NCBI GenBank assembly: GCA_010356995.1
Contig: ML996690.1
Coordinates: 499,420-563,419, forward strand
DNA: 64,000 bases
Direction of reading: 5' to 3'
From: Trichodelitschia bisporula
Lineage: Eukaryota
Position numbers and translations under genes: made by a program. The notes under the pieces are model-generated. The model did not search any database and was not told where the DNA came from. It worked only from the letters and a program-made list of their open reading frames with translations. Below are positions 1-11,200 of this stretch, in pieces; position 1 is the stretch's first letter, and every line of letters starts with the position of its first letter.

Positions 1-267
1 GCCGGCTCGGGAAAGGCGCTGCAGACGCTCGAGGGCCAGTCGGATATCAGCGCCGTGGCCTTCTGGCTGGACGGCAAGCAGTCGCCAGGTTCCGGATCGG
101 ATCCTCCACGTCTCAGAATCATCGAGGAATGGATAACCATAGGCGCGGAAAAACGTCTTTGGCTTCCAGTCGACTATCGCAGTCCGCGTCACGTCGCCAT
201 TCACGGGGATAAGATTGGCTTGGGGTATTCGTCTGGTCGAGTGCTGTGCATGGAATTCATTTGCTGA
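1..267 (+). CDS. 3' end of a WD40-repeat protein, HET-E/NACHT-WD (fungal NLR)-like; truncated by window start
   Basis: Frame 1 from base 1 reads AGSGKALQTLEGQSDISAVAFWLDGKQ, a degenerate HET-E-type WD repeat (QTLEGH..V..VAFSPDG), then the tail typical of such proteins, EWI...LWLPVDYR...IGLGYSSGRV; stop at 265-267. Confidence 0.7.
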   Translation, partial: AGSGKALQTLEGQSDISAVAFWLDGKQSPGSGSDPPRLRIIEEWITIGAEKRLWLPVDYRSPRHVAIHGDKIGLGYSSGRVLCMEFIC

Positions 268-776
268 AGTGTCTCTTAACCTCCTCCCCACCCACCTCCG
301 TTGCGCCCGTTGTCTTCTTATACCTTTTTTTTAGAGCGGAAGTGGCAATGAATTACGTATTGAAATGGGACAGCTTTAAGATCGAATCCTCAAATTACAA
401 ATAGTTATTACAAATAGTAGCAATGGCGGATGAAAATATCACCATCAGTGATGTAATAGCTTCAATACATTGTGGATCTGGAAGTATCTGGAATTAACCA
501 TTCCTTCACAACGCAGAGAAAGATATGATGGAATGTGGTGGCTTTGTTGAAAGTTTGCCACTCCCAGCTTCTTGTCTAGCAAAGCGTTGACGAAGACGGG
601 CCCAGGCCCTAGCTCAACCTGGTCCAAGCCGGAAAAGGGAGACGGTCACATACAGCATGCCCTCTCATTAACCTCCATTGATAAAGACGTGAAATTGCGT
701 TAGGATGCTAGGCGAATAATCCTATCTTTGTCATCTGAGACCCTACAGAGAGCCCGATTCTGGAGCGCCACCTCCG

Positions 777-848
777 CCCGCGCCACCATCTCCATCCGCG
801 CCACCAACTCCACCCGCGCCACCAACTTCACCCGTGCCACCAACCCAC
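777..848. repeat. 18-bp minisatellite, 4 imperfect copies (CCCGCGCCACCAACTCCA)
   Basis: Units start at 777, 795, 813 and 831. Confidence 0.8.
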
Positions 849-1480
849 TCGCCACCTGCGTCACTGCCTCGGCTCGTCTTCCCTTCCCTCACCACGGTAC
901 AACTCCATACTTAGCCCCCTAGCCACCCCATTCGGAGAATCGGAGTGCGAGGTAGTGTTGCCTGAGTCACGTCGAGGCAGAGCTGACACTGCGAAGACGG
1001 AATAGGGGTCCTAACAGGCGCCCCCGCTTAATTGAGATATGACCCTTCCGATACTCATGATACTTCGCTTGCCGGTCCAACCGGGCCGGTCTGGAGAGGG
1101 GAGCCGGCGACGGGCCGAAGACGGGGCGATTTAAGGGAGGCGTTGTGGTTCAATGCGGAGGGTAGGACGAGCACATGTTACTGCCCATCTAAAATCACTT
1201 AGCGCATCAGTAATTTCTAACTGAAGGAAATCTGTCGCTGGATTTAGCGGTAAGACGGAGGAAAATATCGGCTAGCAAGGATGACAATACATAGGCTAGT
1301 CTAGATTGAGCACTTTCCTCACTGAGCTAAGGGTACGGACACAGGTCAGAGATAGGACGTTTTCGAATTCAAATCTAGCCGGCCAAGTATAGCACAGTAT
1401 TTTTTCGCGGATAATATGATGAGGTAACCCGTATTAAAGTGCTGCCGAGGGCGGTGTCCTAATCTGGACTTCCTAATGCG

Positions 1481-1598
1481 GAACGCGGACATAGGTCAAA
1501 CAGTACACCAGTCCCCGTCTGCTCACTGAAGTTAAGCTTCGAATCGGTTGACTAATAGTTGCGTGGGTGACCAGCAGCGAATCCCAGTTGCTGCATGT
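1481..1598 (+). pseudogene. 5S rRNA pseudocopy with degenerate 5' end
   Basis: 1490-1598 aligns without gaps to 1946-2054 with 7 substitutions. The first 9 nt do not match ACATACGGC, helix II is disrupted, and a T-tract follows. Confidence 0.8.
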
Positions 1599-1910
1599 TT
1601 TTTGTCTTTTTTGCACCCCAGAAGCTTGCTGATCGGCCCGTTCAGCGGGAGGAGCTCCGAAGTTTAATGTTAGCCGACACTCTGGCCGAAGGACCAGCCG
1701 AAAAAGTCATAGCTGTCCCGTCCGCAAAATCAGCCAGGCGAGGTGGCCATGATAATATTTCAGGTGGCCCGTGAAGCTTTCTGCTGAGCCGGCTGATGGA
1801 GGGGAGATGTTCCGCAGCTTAACGCACGTCCCCTATTCCAACTCAAGAACGCTCTCGCTCGGAGAGCTAACACTTCTTTTGACAATGCTTCCGTTTTTTT
1901 TTGCCAGTCA

Positions 1911-1918
1911 TTATTTAA
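1911..1918 (+). promoter_or_regulatory. TATA-like element upstream of the 5S gene
   Basis: TTATTTAA about 26 nt upstream of the 5S start, the position where Neurospora 5S genes have a TATA-like element; absent upstream of the pseudocopy. Confidence 0.4.
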
Positions 1919-1936
1919 TCGGCAACACAGTTCACT

Positions 1937-2054
1937 ACATACGGCCATAGGTCGAAGAGTACACCAGTCCCCGTCTGCTCACTGAAGTTAAGCTTCGAAC
2001 CGGTTGACTAGTAGTTGCGTGGGTGACCAGCAGCGAATCCCAACTGCTGTATGT
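1937..2054 (+). rRNA. 5S rRNA (dispersed copy)
   Basis: 118 nt, ACATACGGCCATAGG...TAGTAGTTGCGTGGGTGACCAGCAGCGAATCCCAACTGCTGTATGT. Ends are complementary (helix I), layout is fungal 5S, and a Pol III T-tract follows. Confidence 0.95.
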
Positions 2055-2447
2055 TTTTGTCTTTTTGCCCACGGGGCTATGTGGAGAAATCAATGAAGTG
2101 TTCACAAAGGTGTAACATGACAGAAAGCGTAGCCGATTCGTTGAAGAAGCCTATGTTGAAACATCACTCCCCGTCTAGCTCCATGCCTGCAGAGCAGCAA
2201 AGCCATATACAAAGCCGTAACATCGTCCCTTTTTTTCCCTCAGACCGTTTCATAAAAACCCTACACTCAGACCCCCCAAAGACAAAAGGGGTATATCCCA
2301 TGCACAAGCAAACCCGCAAAAAAAGCAGCAAGCAGTCCCGAGTACAGCATCAAGATCAAGAACCAAGACCGAAGGAAAAGCGACCCAGAAGCCACCGCAC
2401 TCATCAGACTCAGCTCTCCTCACCCGCTAACAACTCCCCGCTAATCA

Positions 2448-4025
2448 TCACCTCTTCTCTCCCCCCTCCCCCCCACCAGCACCAGCACTCACCCCCTTCT
2501 CCCCTCCATCCTCCCCCTGCCTCCTCCCCATCCTCTCCAACCACCCCTCCGCACTCTCCACCGTCGCCCCCACCACAAGACCGACCTGCTCAATCATCTC
2601 CAGCCCCTGCCTCGTAAACCCAACCATACTCCGTCCCCACCTCGCCGTCTCCTCCCCCCCCACACCCGCTCCCCCCTCCCCCGCCCCCGCCTCCGCAATG
2701 CGCCATCGTTGCGGAATACTCAAAAGCTGCCTCCGGACAAACGCGCCCGCGTTCGCAGGGAGCGCAGACCCGGCATGCGTGCTCACGGCGCGCACGACGC
2801 CGTGCAGTGTACGTAGAACGTCGTGCCCGAGACTGCGGATGCGCTGCGCGAGCGCGTGGCTCGCAGCTTGCTGCTCGGGAGTGAGCGCATAGGCTCGTTG
2901 CGTCTGCCGCTCCACCGCCTCATCCCCTTCCCCACCCGCAAGGCTGCGCTCATAGTCGCGCAGCAGCTCCTGCAGCGTATGCATCAGGCCGGCGAGGTGC
3001 TGCGCCGCGCCACGCAACAGCCTGAGACAAGTCTTCAAATTGCGCAGACTGGTCTCACTGAGCGCTGCCCCAAGTCCGGAGGTCGTAACTGCAAGATTGG
3101 TGCGCCAGTCCCGCTGATCATTCCTTGGCTCCGTCTCCACATACCGCGGCGAGCGATTATCGTCATACGCAGGGAGGGGCTCGAAAGCACCCTTCTCAAC
3201 ATCTGGCTCGACGCGGCGGCGCTTAGGTCCCGCATGCTCAGCACCCCCATCACTCAGCCGCCGAGTACCCAGATACCGCCTTATCCCCGTTTCCACGCCC
3301 GTATGGCGGCTGACGCAGTTCACGGCGCCGACGACCGGGGAGCCAATGTTGCGCTCGACGAATTCAGCGCTGTTGCGCAGGAAGGCGGGCGAGTAGTGTT
3401 TTGTGGTGTTGTAGGCTGAGAGCGAGGTTTCGATTGTGCCGCCGAGCCAGGGGTGGGAGGCGGTGAGGAGGGAGAGGAGGGGTTCGGGGTCGTCGACGGT
3501 GCCGGTGTGGGAGTGGTGGATAGAGGAGGGGCGGGAGTTCGGCTGGACGGTGCTGGAGGTGCTGAGGGTGGAGGGCGAGCGGATGACTTCTGCAAAGGTT
3601 GTTAGTGGGGTCAAGGCGTAAGCCTCTGCGCGCTACGCACCGAGATTGCGCAGGCCGCGGAGGGCTTCGGCCGCCATGCGCGTGTCTGCGTCGTCGAGGC
3701 TCATGACGCTGGGTGCGCGACCTCGTCGTTCATCGTAGCTGGCTACGCTCTCTGAGTCCTTGGGGCTCGTTATCTCGCCCGGTGTCGTGTTAGGGACGGA
3801 TGGGAACGAGGAGGTGGATAATGTGCTCGGCGCATTCCAATGGGGTGGGCGCGGTGGTGCGAAAGTTGTGCGCGTGCTGTCTGGCAGACCGAGGGATTTG
3901 AGGTCGGGAAGACTGAAGTTGAGCGGTGGAGGAGGGGAGGTGGGGGTGTCGTGGTGGGGGACTGAAGGGAGGGTGAGGCTGTCGTCGTGCGAATAGGCCG
4001 GTGGCCGGTCCTGTTGGAGCTCCAT
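2448..4025 (-). CDS. Opi1-family transcription factor (clock-controlled protein 8-like); intron 3590-3640
   Basis: SLDDADTRMAAEALRGL, PAYDDNRSPRY, TTSGLGAALSETSLRNLKTCLRLLR and ALPANAGAFVRRQLLSIPQRW match the fungal Opi1/ccg-8 pattern. A GTGCGT...CTAAC...GCAG intron joins the two ORFs in frame. Confidence 0.8.
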
Positions 4026-4622
4026 GGTAGAATTTGTGTGTCAGTGATCGAAGTTCGGTAAACGGAGTTCGTGGTGGGGGTTTTGCGGTAGTGGGCGCGC
4101 TGTGGTGGGGGGCTGGGTTTACTTGAGTTGAGTCCGACTCAGGAGGTCCCGAGGAGGTACAAGAGACATGAAAAAGTGTAGAACGGCGATGGTGAGGGGA
4201 GCGCAGGTGAAGACAAGTTGGATGAGATGAGGTTGCGATTTCGTGTTACCAGACCGATCGTCGGTGAGATGAGGAGGGAGATGGTGAGGGGAAGCCGAAA
4301 AGAGCGGACAGAGGGCGGGCTGGGTGCCAGAATCTCGTTCCTTTCGTCTCTCTCGTTTCGGTGGGGCGGGAGAAGAGCGACGAGAATGGACGAGTGATAG
4401 TCGAGCAGCTGGGGGGGGGGGAGATCAGCTTGGTTGTGCGTCACATGCCAGTGACCAAGGACATTTGGCCCAAAGGCGCAAAAGCAACGAGACTTTTGGG
4501 GGATCGGTGCAGCATGTGAAGCGGTAAGTGTGGCCAATCCTTGTGGAAGTGGCTTGAGGGCTGAATGCTTCATATTATTCTTGAATAAGTTTTCTCGTTG
4601 GTTGAAAGCCATCGTCATCAGG

Positions 4623-4661
<39 letters not shown>
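4623..4661. repeat. (ATC)13 microsatellite upstream of the Opi1-like gene
   Basis: Perfect 39-nt trinucleotide run. Confidence 0.95.
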
Positions 4662-4663
<2 letters not shown>

Positions 4664-6169
4664 CCCCCTCCTCTCTGTGAACAGACAACTCTCTCCGTCT
4701 CGTCCGTATCTACTAGAACTATTACACAAAGTCTTCTTGCGCACGACTCAACATCTTCACCGAGGAGAACAAAAATGACTCCCGAACTGCATTCCGATTT
4801 CCCGCTCTCGCCAACTAAAGCGCCGTCATCGGGAACCCACTCAGATCTCGTCCGCCCTACCAAGCCCGTTGCCGCCAGTACCAAAGCACCAGAGCTAACA
4901 GTCCTACTAGCAAATAGATAGGCGGACGACATCCGAGAAATCAGCATTTAATAGCATCCTTTGCTCAAACTTTAACCGACGATGCGTGTTGTTGTAGGTT
5001 GTGAAACGGCGCGTAAAACCTCATGCTTGTCATGACACGTGAAAGAAGAGAGCAGCAAGAAGTGGATATGGAAGGATTGGTAAGAGGGCATATACAAGAC
5101 TCGCCCGAAGCGGCATCTTATTCCTGCTTGTCGCATCTTTTTCTCTATTCTCTCTGGCTCTTCTTTTGCCTACCTTTTCTCTTCGCTTATATCGCGCAAA
5201 GCCAGTGAGAAGCGCATGATCAGGCGTCGGGCGCTCCGTCTCCCTGACCATACCCATTCACGCAGACGTACCTATATTCTGCTCACATATATACGGCGCC
5301 GTCTTGCCATTCCCTAACGCACGCCTATAGCATAGAATCAGCGGTCAGATGGACTTTCCTTCCAAGATTCCGGGGACCAAAAACCAACACCCGCAACACT
5401 CGCCGTCCACGTATTCGTTTAAGGCATCGACGAAGCTAGATTGCGACTTACAAATCCTCTTTCTGCAAACTCTTCAGCCTTGGAGTTAGAGAGAGGCCCA
5501 GAGTCAGAGCCCTTTCATATGCTCAGAGCCCCCAAAACCAGGTTCGCAGCACTCGATTAACAAGGTCTGCCCTATATCCCACATGTGACAGCCACGAGCC
5601 TAGCGAATCGAGGCCTTCTTTCAGGGCCCAGCCGCGCTGCCCACGCCGCGCACACTCTATCCCGTGTGAATTGCGGCGTGTCGAACGCGCGGCGAGCGTC
5701 GGGAGCCGGAATGTCGAGCGCGGGGTTGTGGGGGCGGCGAGGAATGCCGAAGCGCATGGTTCCCTGCGAATGCCATGCCGCCCGGAATGCCCCTCCAAAC
5801 ATCCCCATCAACATCTGCAGCTCCATCGTGCGAATAGCTGACCGCTCGGAGTGCGGTTCGACAGTACAGCCGTAGACGGTGGGATAAGTAATCCATAGCA
5901 CACTTCTCACTCAGCTTCCCCACACGCCGCGGTGATCGCCCACGCAGCGCAGCCAACCGAACGTTTCGGCCAAGTACCGAGGTGTGGGCATCGACTGCGG
6001 GGTGCAGCATCGCGCGCCTCAAGGCTGGGGAAGGGACCGCACCTGCGCGCCCACCGTAAGCAACGCAGAGACAAAGCAGAGGCACGAAAAACGCATCTGC
6101 AACCATCCATCCCAAGTGCCACCTCACCTCCCTCACCCCCATAAAAGAACGGGAAATAAAGCCGTCAAA

Positions 6170-7195
6170 ATGCCGGGCAAATACAAGGACATCATCCTCG
6201 AGATCAAGGGGCCGATTGGCATCATCAAAGTATGCCAGCCCTACGCCCTCGCTCCGCTCTCTGTCCAATGGCTGATAATCTCGTAGTTCAACCGCCCCAA
6301 GGCCCTCAATTCCTTCGGCGGCACCCTCATGCTCGACACCATCGCCGCCTTGCGCGAACTCAACGAGCACCCGGACACCGTCTTCACCGTCCTCACAGGC
6401 GAGGGCCGGTTCTTCAGCGCCGGCGCCGATGTCAAAGGCACGTTATCCCACCCCGCTCCTCCTCCTCCTCCTCCTCCTCCTCCTCCTCCTCCTCCTCCTA
6501 GCTAATACCCGCGCAGCATGGGGCGGTGGTCCTACGGCTGCGGAATATGACAACGCGGCGCAGAAGAAAGTCGCGTATCTCGAGAAGTTCGCACCAGCGC
6601 TTGAGATGATGCGCTCAATCATCGACCACAAAAAAGTCTTCGTCCTCGCGCTGAACGGGCCAGGCGTCGGCGGCGGCGCAGCCTGGTTCGAAGGCGTGGC
6701 GGACATCGTGCTGGCCGCCGCAGGGGCCTGGCTGCAAGTCCCCTTCAACGCGCTGGGCCTCGTACCAGAAAACGGGTCCGCGACGGCGTTCGCGCAGAGC
6801 ATGGGCGTGATTCGGGCGAATGAGTTTCTGATGTTTGGGCGGAAGCTGAGCGTGGAGGAGTTGGAGAAGGTGGGGATGGTTAATAGGATTTTTCCTGCGG
6901 AGGGGTTTCAGGACTCTGTGGTGAGGTATTTGGAGGAGCAGGTTGAGGTTAATGATGGGAGGTCCATGATGGAGACGAAGAGGTTGCAGAATGCGCCGTT
7001 GAGGGATGCGAGGTTGCTTGCGGTGGTGAATTCGATTGATGCGTTGGCGGAGAGGTTTGTTGCTGATGCGCCGGCGAAGAGGTTTGCGGCGAAGAAGGCG
7101 CTGCTTGAATGTGAGTTTTGCTTCTCCCCGATGCCGGGCGAGATGGGGGTTGCTGACGGCTTTTAGCAAAATCGAAGACGAGGTCGAAGATCTGA
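6170..7195 (+). CDS. ECI1: Peroxisomal delta3,delta2-enoyl-CoA isomerase (crotonase family); introns 6230-6286, 6438-6516 (GC-AG), 7111-7166
   Basis: FNRPKALNSF, TGEGRFFSAGADV, LALNGPGVGGG and PFNALGLVPE motifs; the spliced C-terminus ends KTRSKI* (PTS1-like). Confidence 0.85.
6456..6499. repeat. (CTC)~14 microsatellite inside ECI1 intron 2
   Basis: Perfect trinucleotide run immediately before the branch site GCTAAT. Confidence 0.95.
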
Positions 7196-8249
7196 AGGGT
7201 GAGGGGATCTGTGAGATCGTGATGGCGGCAGGGATTGAGCACGCAATATCAAAATCAACATCTGTTCATACAAATTGCATAGGATAATGTACAAAGTACC
7301 AGCGCTTCCATCGCTTTCTCGCCGCACTTTCCACGATGCCAGGAATGCGTTCACCTGAAGGGCATTGAAACGCTAAGTTGCACAAACGCAACAACAATGC
7401 AGCCTCATCACTTGCGAGCGTACGCATCTCGCCGGTTGACCTGACAGCAAGCCACAGGTTCAACCACTGTCCCACTTTGCTTTTCGATGTTCCCAACGCA
7501 GGCCACTGCGAGGCCCCAGCGTGTCCCAATGCAGATCTGGAGATCCCGAAGTAGGTGATGATAGGTTCCGAAAAAGGTGGATGACGATGGCAGGCTGAAG
7601 CCACGAGTGAAGCTAATCGTTCGTTTTTCAAGATGGAGATTCCCCCCTCGTCCTCTCTTCTTGTCTTTTTAGATTTGCGTCATGCTTCAAGTGCTGCCAT
7701 CGTCAAGCTTCTGCTATTTGGATGCAATGGACAATCTGCACCTCCTTGCTCTACCTGTACTCCAGACACGCCATCCTCCGAAACTTGCATCTCAACTCCT
7801 GCTTTGCTGTCGTGGCACAACAAGCGCTTGTTTTGGCCTTGCTGTCGATGTGGCGCCAGCGGCTGAATCTGGTAGGACAGTGGTTCAACCTCGCCTGCTT
7901 CCCGCCTCTCATTGGTTCACATCCCCCAAACTCCACAGCCCTGGTGTGGCGCCGCTTAGCAACGGGTCTAGTCCAAAAGCGGGAATTTGTACACAAGGTC
8001 CAAGCGTCACCAAACTCTCTCTGCCACCGCAACTTCACAAGACACTGCCCGTTCGTCCAGATCTCAAAGTCACCCCCCTGCTCTCCGCTCCGCACCCACC
8101 TCCTCTCTTCTACAGCGCAGGCATCACGAACATTCCTACGCTTCATCGCTCTCCCGCCCGTCGCTCTGTCCCGCCCGGCTCGCGGCGCTTAAGCGCAAAC
8201 AGTTGGCATACCTCACCGCCTAGCCTCGCACCTCCGCAACACCCTCACG

Positions 8250-11200
8250 ATGGCACAACCGCTCCCCATGAAATTCCCCTGCTGGGTGAAAGCAATCTAC
8301 TCCTGGGGCGGTGAAGTACTACACACCCTCCCCTCCTCGAGCAAACACAGCTAACCCACCCCCGCAGACAAAGCGCGACCTCGGCTTCCTCGAAGGCGAC
8401 CTGATCGAATGTCTCAATGCCGGCGACGGCTCCTGGTGGATGGGCCGGCTGCGGCGCGACAGGCGCATGGTCGGCCTCTTCCCCTCCAACTTCGTCGAAG
8501 TCCTCCCCGCAGACTTCACCCCGGGCGGCAGCCGCAATGCGTCGCCGTTGCCCGTCCGCGCGCCCTCGGCCACCAAGGCTCCCGTCCCGCAGAAATCGAA
8601 GAGCATGTTCAGGAAACCGTTCCAGGCGTACTACAACGCCAGCCAGCCGAATCCCGAGGCCGCGAAGCGCGAGCTACAGCAGAAGACCGGCGGCACGGGG
8701 ACACCGGGTGGCAGTCTTAGGCAGACGCATAAACCGTATTCGTCGATGAAGAAGGCCGGTTCGAATGAGAGCACCCCGTCGCCCCAACTCGCGGCCCAGC
8801 GCTCGAAGTCCGCGGCTAAGGGCCTGGTCATGGAACCCGTGCCGCGAAATGGACACATCGCGCGTGCCGCTTCGCCCGCTCCCCCGCCAGCCAGCTACCG
8901 CGCCGTGTCGCCCGCACCACCAGTTCAACAGTCCAGCTACCGGACCGGAGCTGAACCAGAGCGGCAATCGAGCTACCGGGCACACGAACCAGAGCGTCAC
9001 GGCAGTTACAGAGCCCCGGAACCAGACCGCCACAGCAGCTACCGTGCCCACTCCCCGGCTCCTCCTCAGAACTATGCTCGCGCTGCCTCCCCAGCTCCTC
9101 CTCAGCACTACGCCCGCGCCGCCTCCCCCGCCCCCCCTCACAACTACGCCCGCGCCGCCTCCCCCGCTCCACCAGCGCATTACCGCGCCCACTCCCCCGC
9201 TCCGCCAGCACACTACCGCGCTCACTCCCCTGCTCCGCCCATCGATTACCGCACTGCCTCCCCGGCCCCCCCAGCGCACTACCGCGCTCACTCCCCCGCA
9301 CCCCCTCAGAACTATGTGCGCACCGCATCCCCCGCCCCCCCAGCGCACTATCGTGCCCACTCCCCCGCCCCTCCTCCGCCCGACCACTTCCGCGCGCCTT
9401 CCCCCGCTCCTTCCGCGTACCGCCCGTACAGCCGCGGCCCCTCGCCGACTCCCTACCAGGCGATGCGTGACGGGGCGCTGTCGGACGCAGGCTGGGAGCG
9501 CGAGGATTCGCCACCGCCACCTCCTCCGCCACCGCACCGTGTCTTCCAGCCCAGCCGCGCGCCCTCCCCGCAGCCACCGCCCCAGTTCGAGCAGCCGCGC
9601 CATCTGACGCCCGAGCCACCGAGCCCGCTGCCGGGGATGACGCCCAGCCCGCTCACGAACGCAATGAACGACGTCATGAACTGCATCGAGGACATGAGTT
9701 TGTCGCAGACCAAGCCTGCGAAGCCGGATGAGCCGCTCAGCGTCTGGTCTCCGGAGGCGTTTGATGAGATCTATAGTACGGCGAAGAAGGCGAGACCGCA
9801 GACGTCACTTGGGTTGGAGCATCAGGATAGTGGGTATGGGGGGAGTGGGCATGATTCGCCGGTTGGGTTTGCGGGGAATGCGAAGGCGGGGCCGCCGCAG
9901 GTTGAGGATTATGTGCAGCGGATGGAGCGGAGGTTGCGTGCGTTGCATGAGGCGGAGGGGACGAAGCCTGGCGCTGGCAATGGGACGGGGGATATGGGCC
10001 CGCCGCCGCCGCCGCCCAAGAATGGGGTTTCGCGGCCTGGTTCGCCGCAGGAGAGTACCACGAGTTTTGGCTCGCGCAAGGGGAGCAAGAAGCTCAAGCA
10101 CCGCAAGTCAGCCTACGAGTTGGGGCGCGAAATGCTCGGCCGCACGTTTACGACCAAGACGAGCGCGACGTCGACAACGCATAGCAGCGGGAGCACATCG
10201 CACACGCTCATGAGCGCGTCGTCGGCCGGCGGCATCAGCGCCACCAGCGCCGGCTCCCTCTACCGCAAGAAACTCGGCATGGGGCACGTCCGTCCGCAAA
10301 GCGTCATGGAAACGGGCTCCCGTGGCGGCGGGTCCCGCGCTGGATACCCGTTCAGCGCTTCAAGGCCGCAGACCCCGATGACGGGCGGCGTGAGCTACCA
10401 CTCGTCGCACGATAGTGGTGCTCAAGTTCCGGACACGCCGGACACGGTTCAGAAGCCGGAGTGGATGGGCGAGGTTAATGCTACGCCTAGTGTGCTGGGG
10501 GGATTGGCGACGCCGCGTCCGCGCAAGAGCGGGTTTTTTAAGAAGATGATTGAGACGGCGAGGACGGGGACGGCAAATGTCAGGAGTACGATCTCGTCGG
10601 CGGGTTCGCATTCCCGCCCTGGGTCCCCGGTTAAGGGCGGCGCGATTGCGAATGGGATTACCAGCCTTAGTGGTGGCCCGTCCCGGCCGCAGTCCTCGGC
10701 CGCGGCGCGCGATATGGGGCTTAATAATGCGGTGGACTGGGTGCAGGTCCGGCGCGACGTCAACCGGTCCAACAGCCTGAGCCGCAACGAGCGTGCCGAG
10801 CGCGCAGAACGGTGCCAAATGCTCGACCTACCCGTTCTCGCACCCGTCGATATCCTGCGCGACACGCTCGAGGGCGACGAGGACATGGACGGGCTGGCCG
10901 TCGCCGAGCCCACGGACTTCAATGCGTGCAATCTCGCGCTCGTGGACAAGAGCGCGCGCTTCGTGAATAACCTCCCGCCCGTCACGACGCCCGCGCAGCT
11001 CGTGCAGGGCTACCTCTGCCGGCCATACCGCTCGGACGTCCAGCGCCTGCGCGCGATATTCACTTGGGTTGCTGAGCGCATCGCGTGGGAGGAAGCCTTC
11101 GAGGGCACCGTCGACACGCGCCGCGTGATTAGCACGAAACGGGGCTGCGCCGAGGAGGTTGCCGTGCTGGTGGCGGAGATGTGCGCCGCCGTCGGGATTC

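Noticed and set aside
4139..4921. Poly-Met, poly-His and poly-Ile ORFs
   Set aside because: Translations of the (ATC)13 microsatellite.
5345..5380. GGAAAGTCC on the minus strand resembling RNase MRP/P P4
   Set aside because: The motif is incomplete and there is no partner strand in the correct order.
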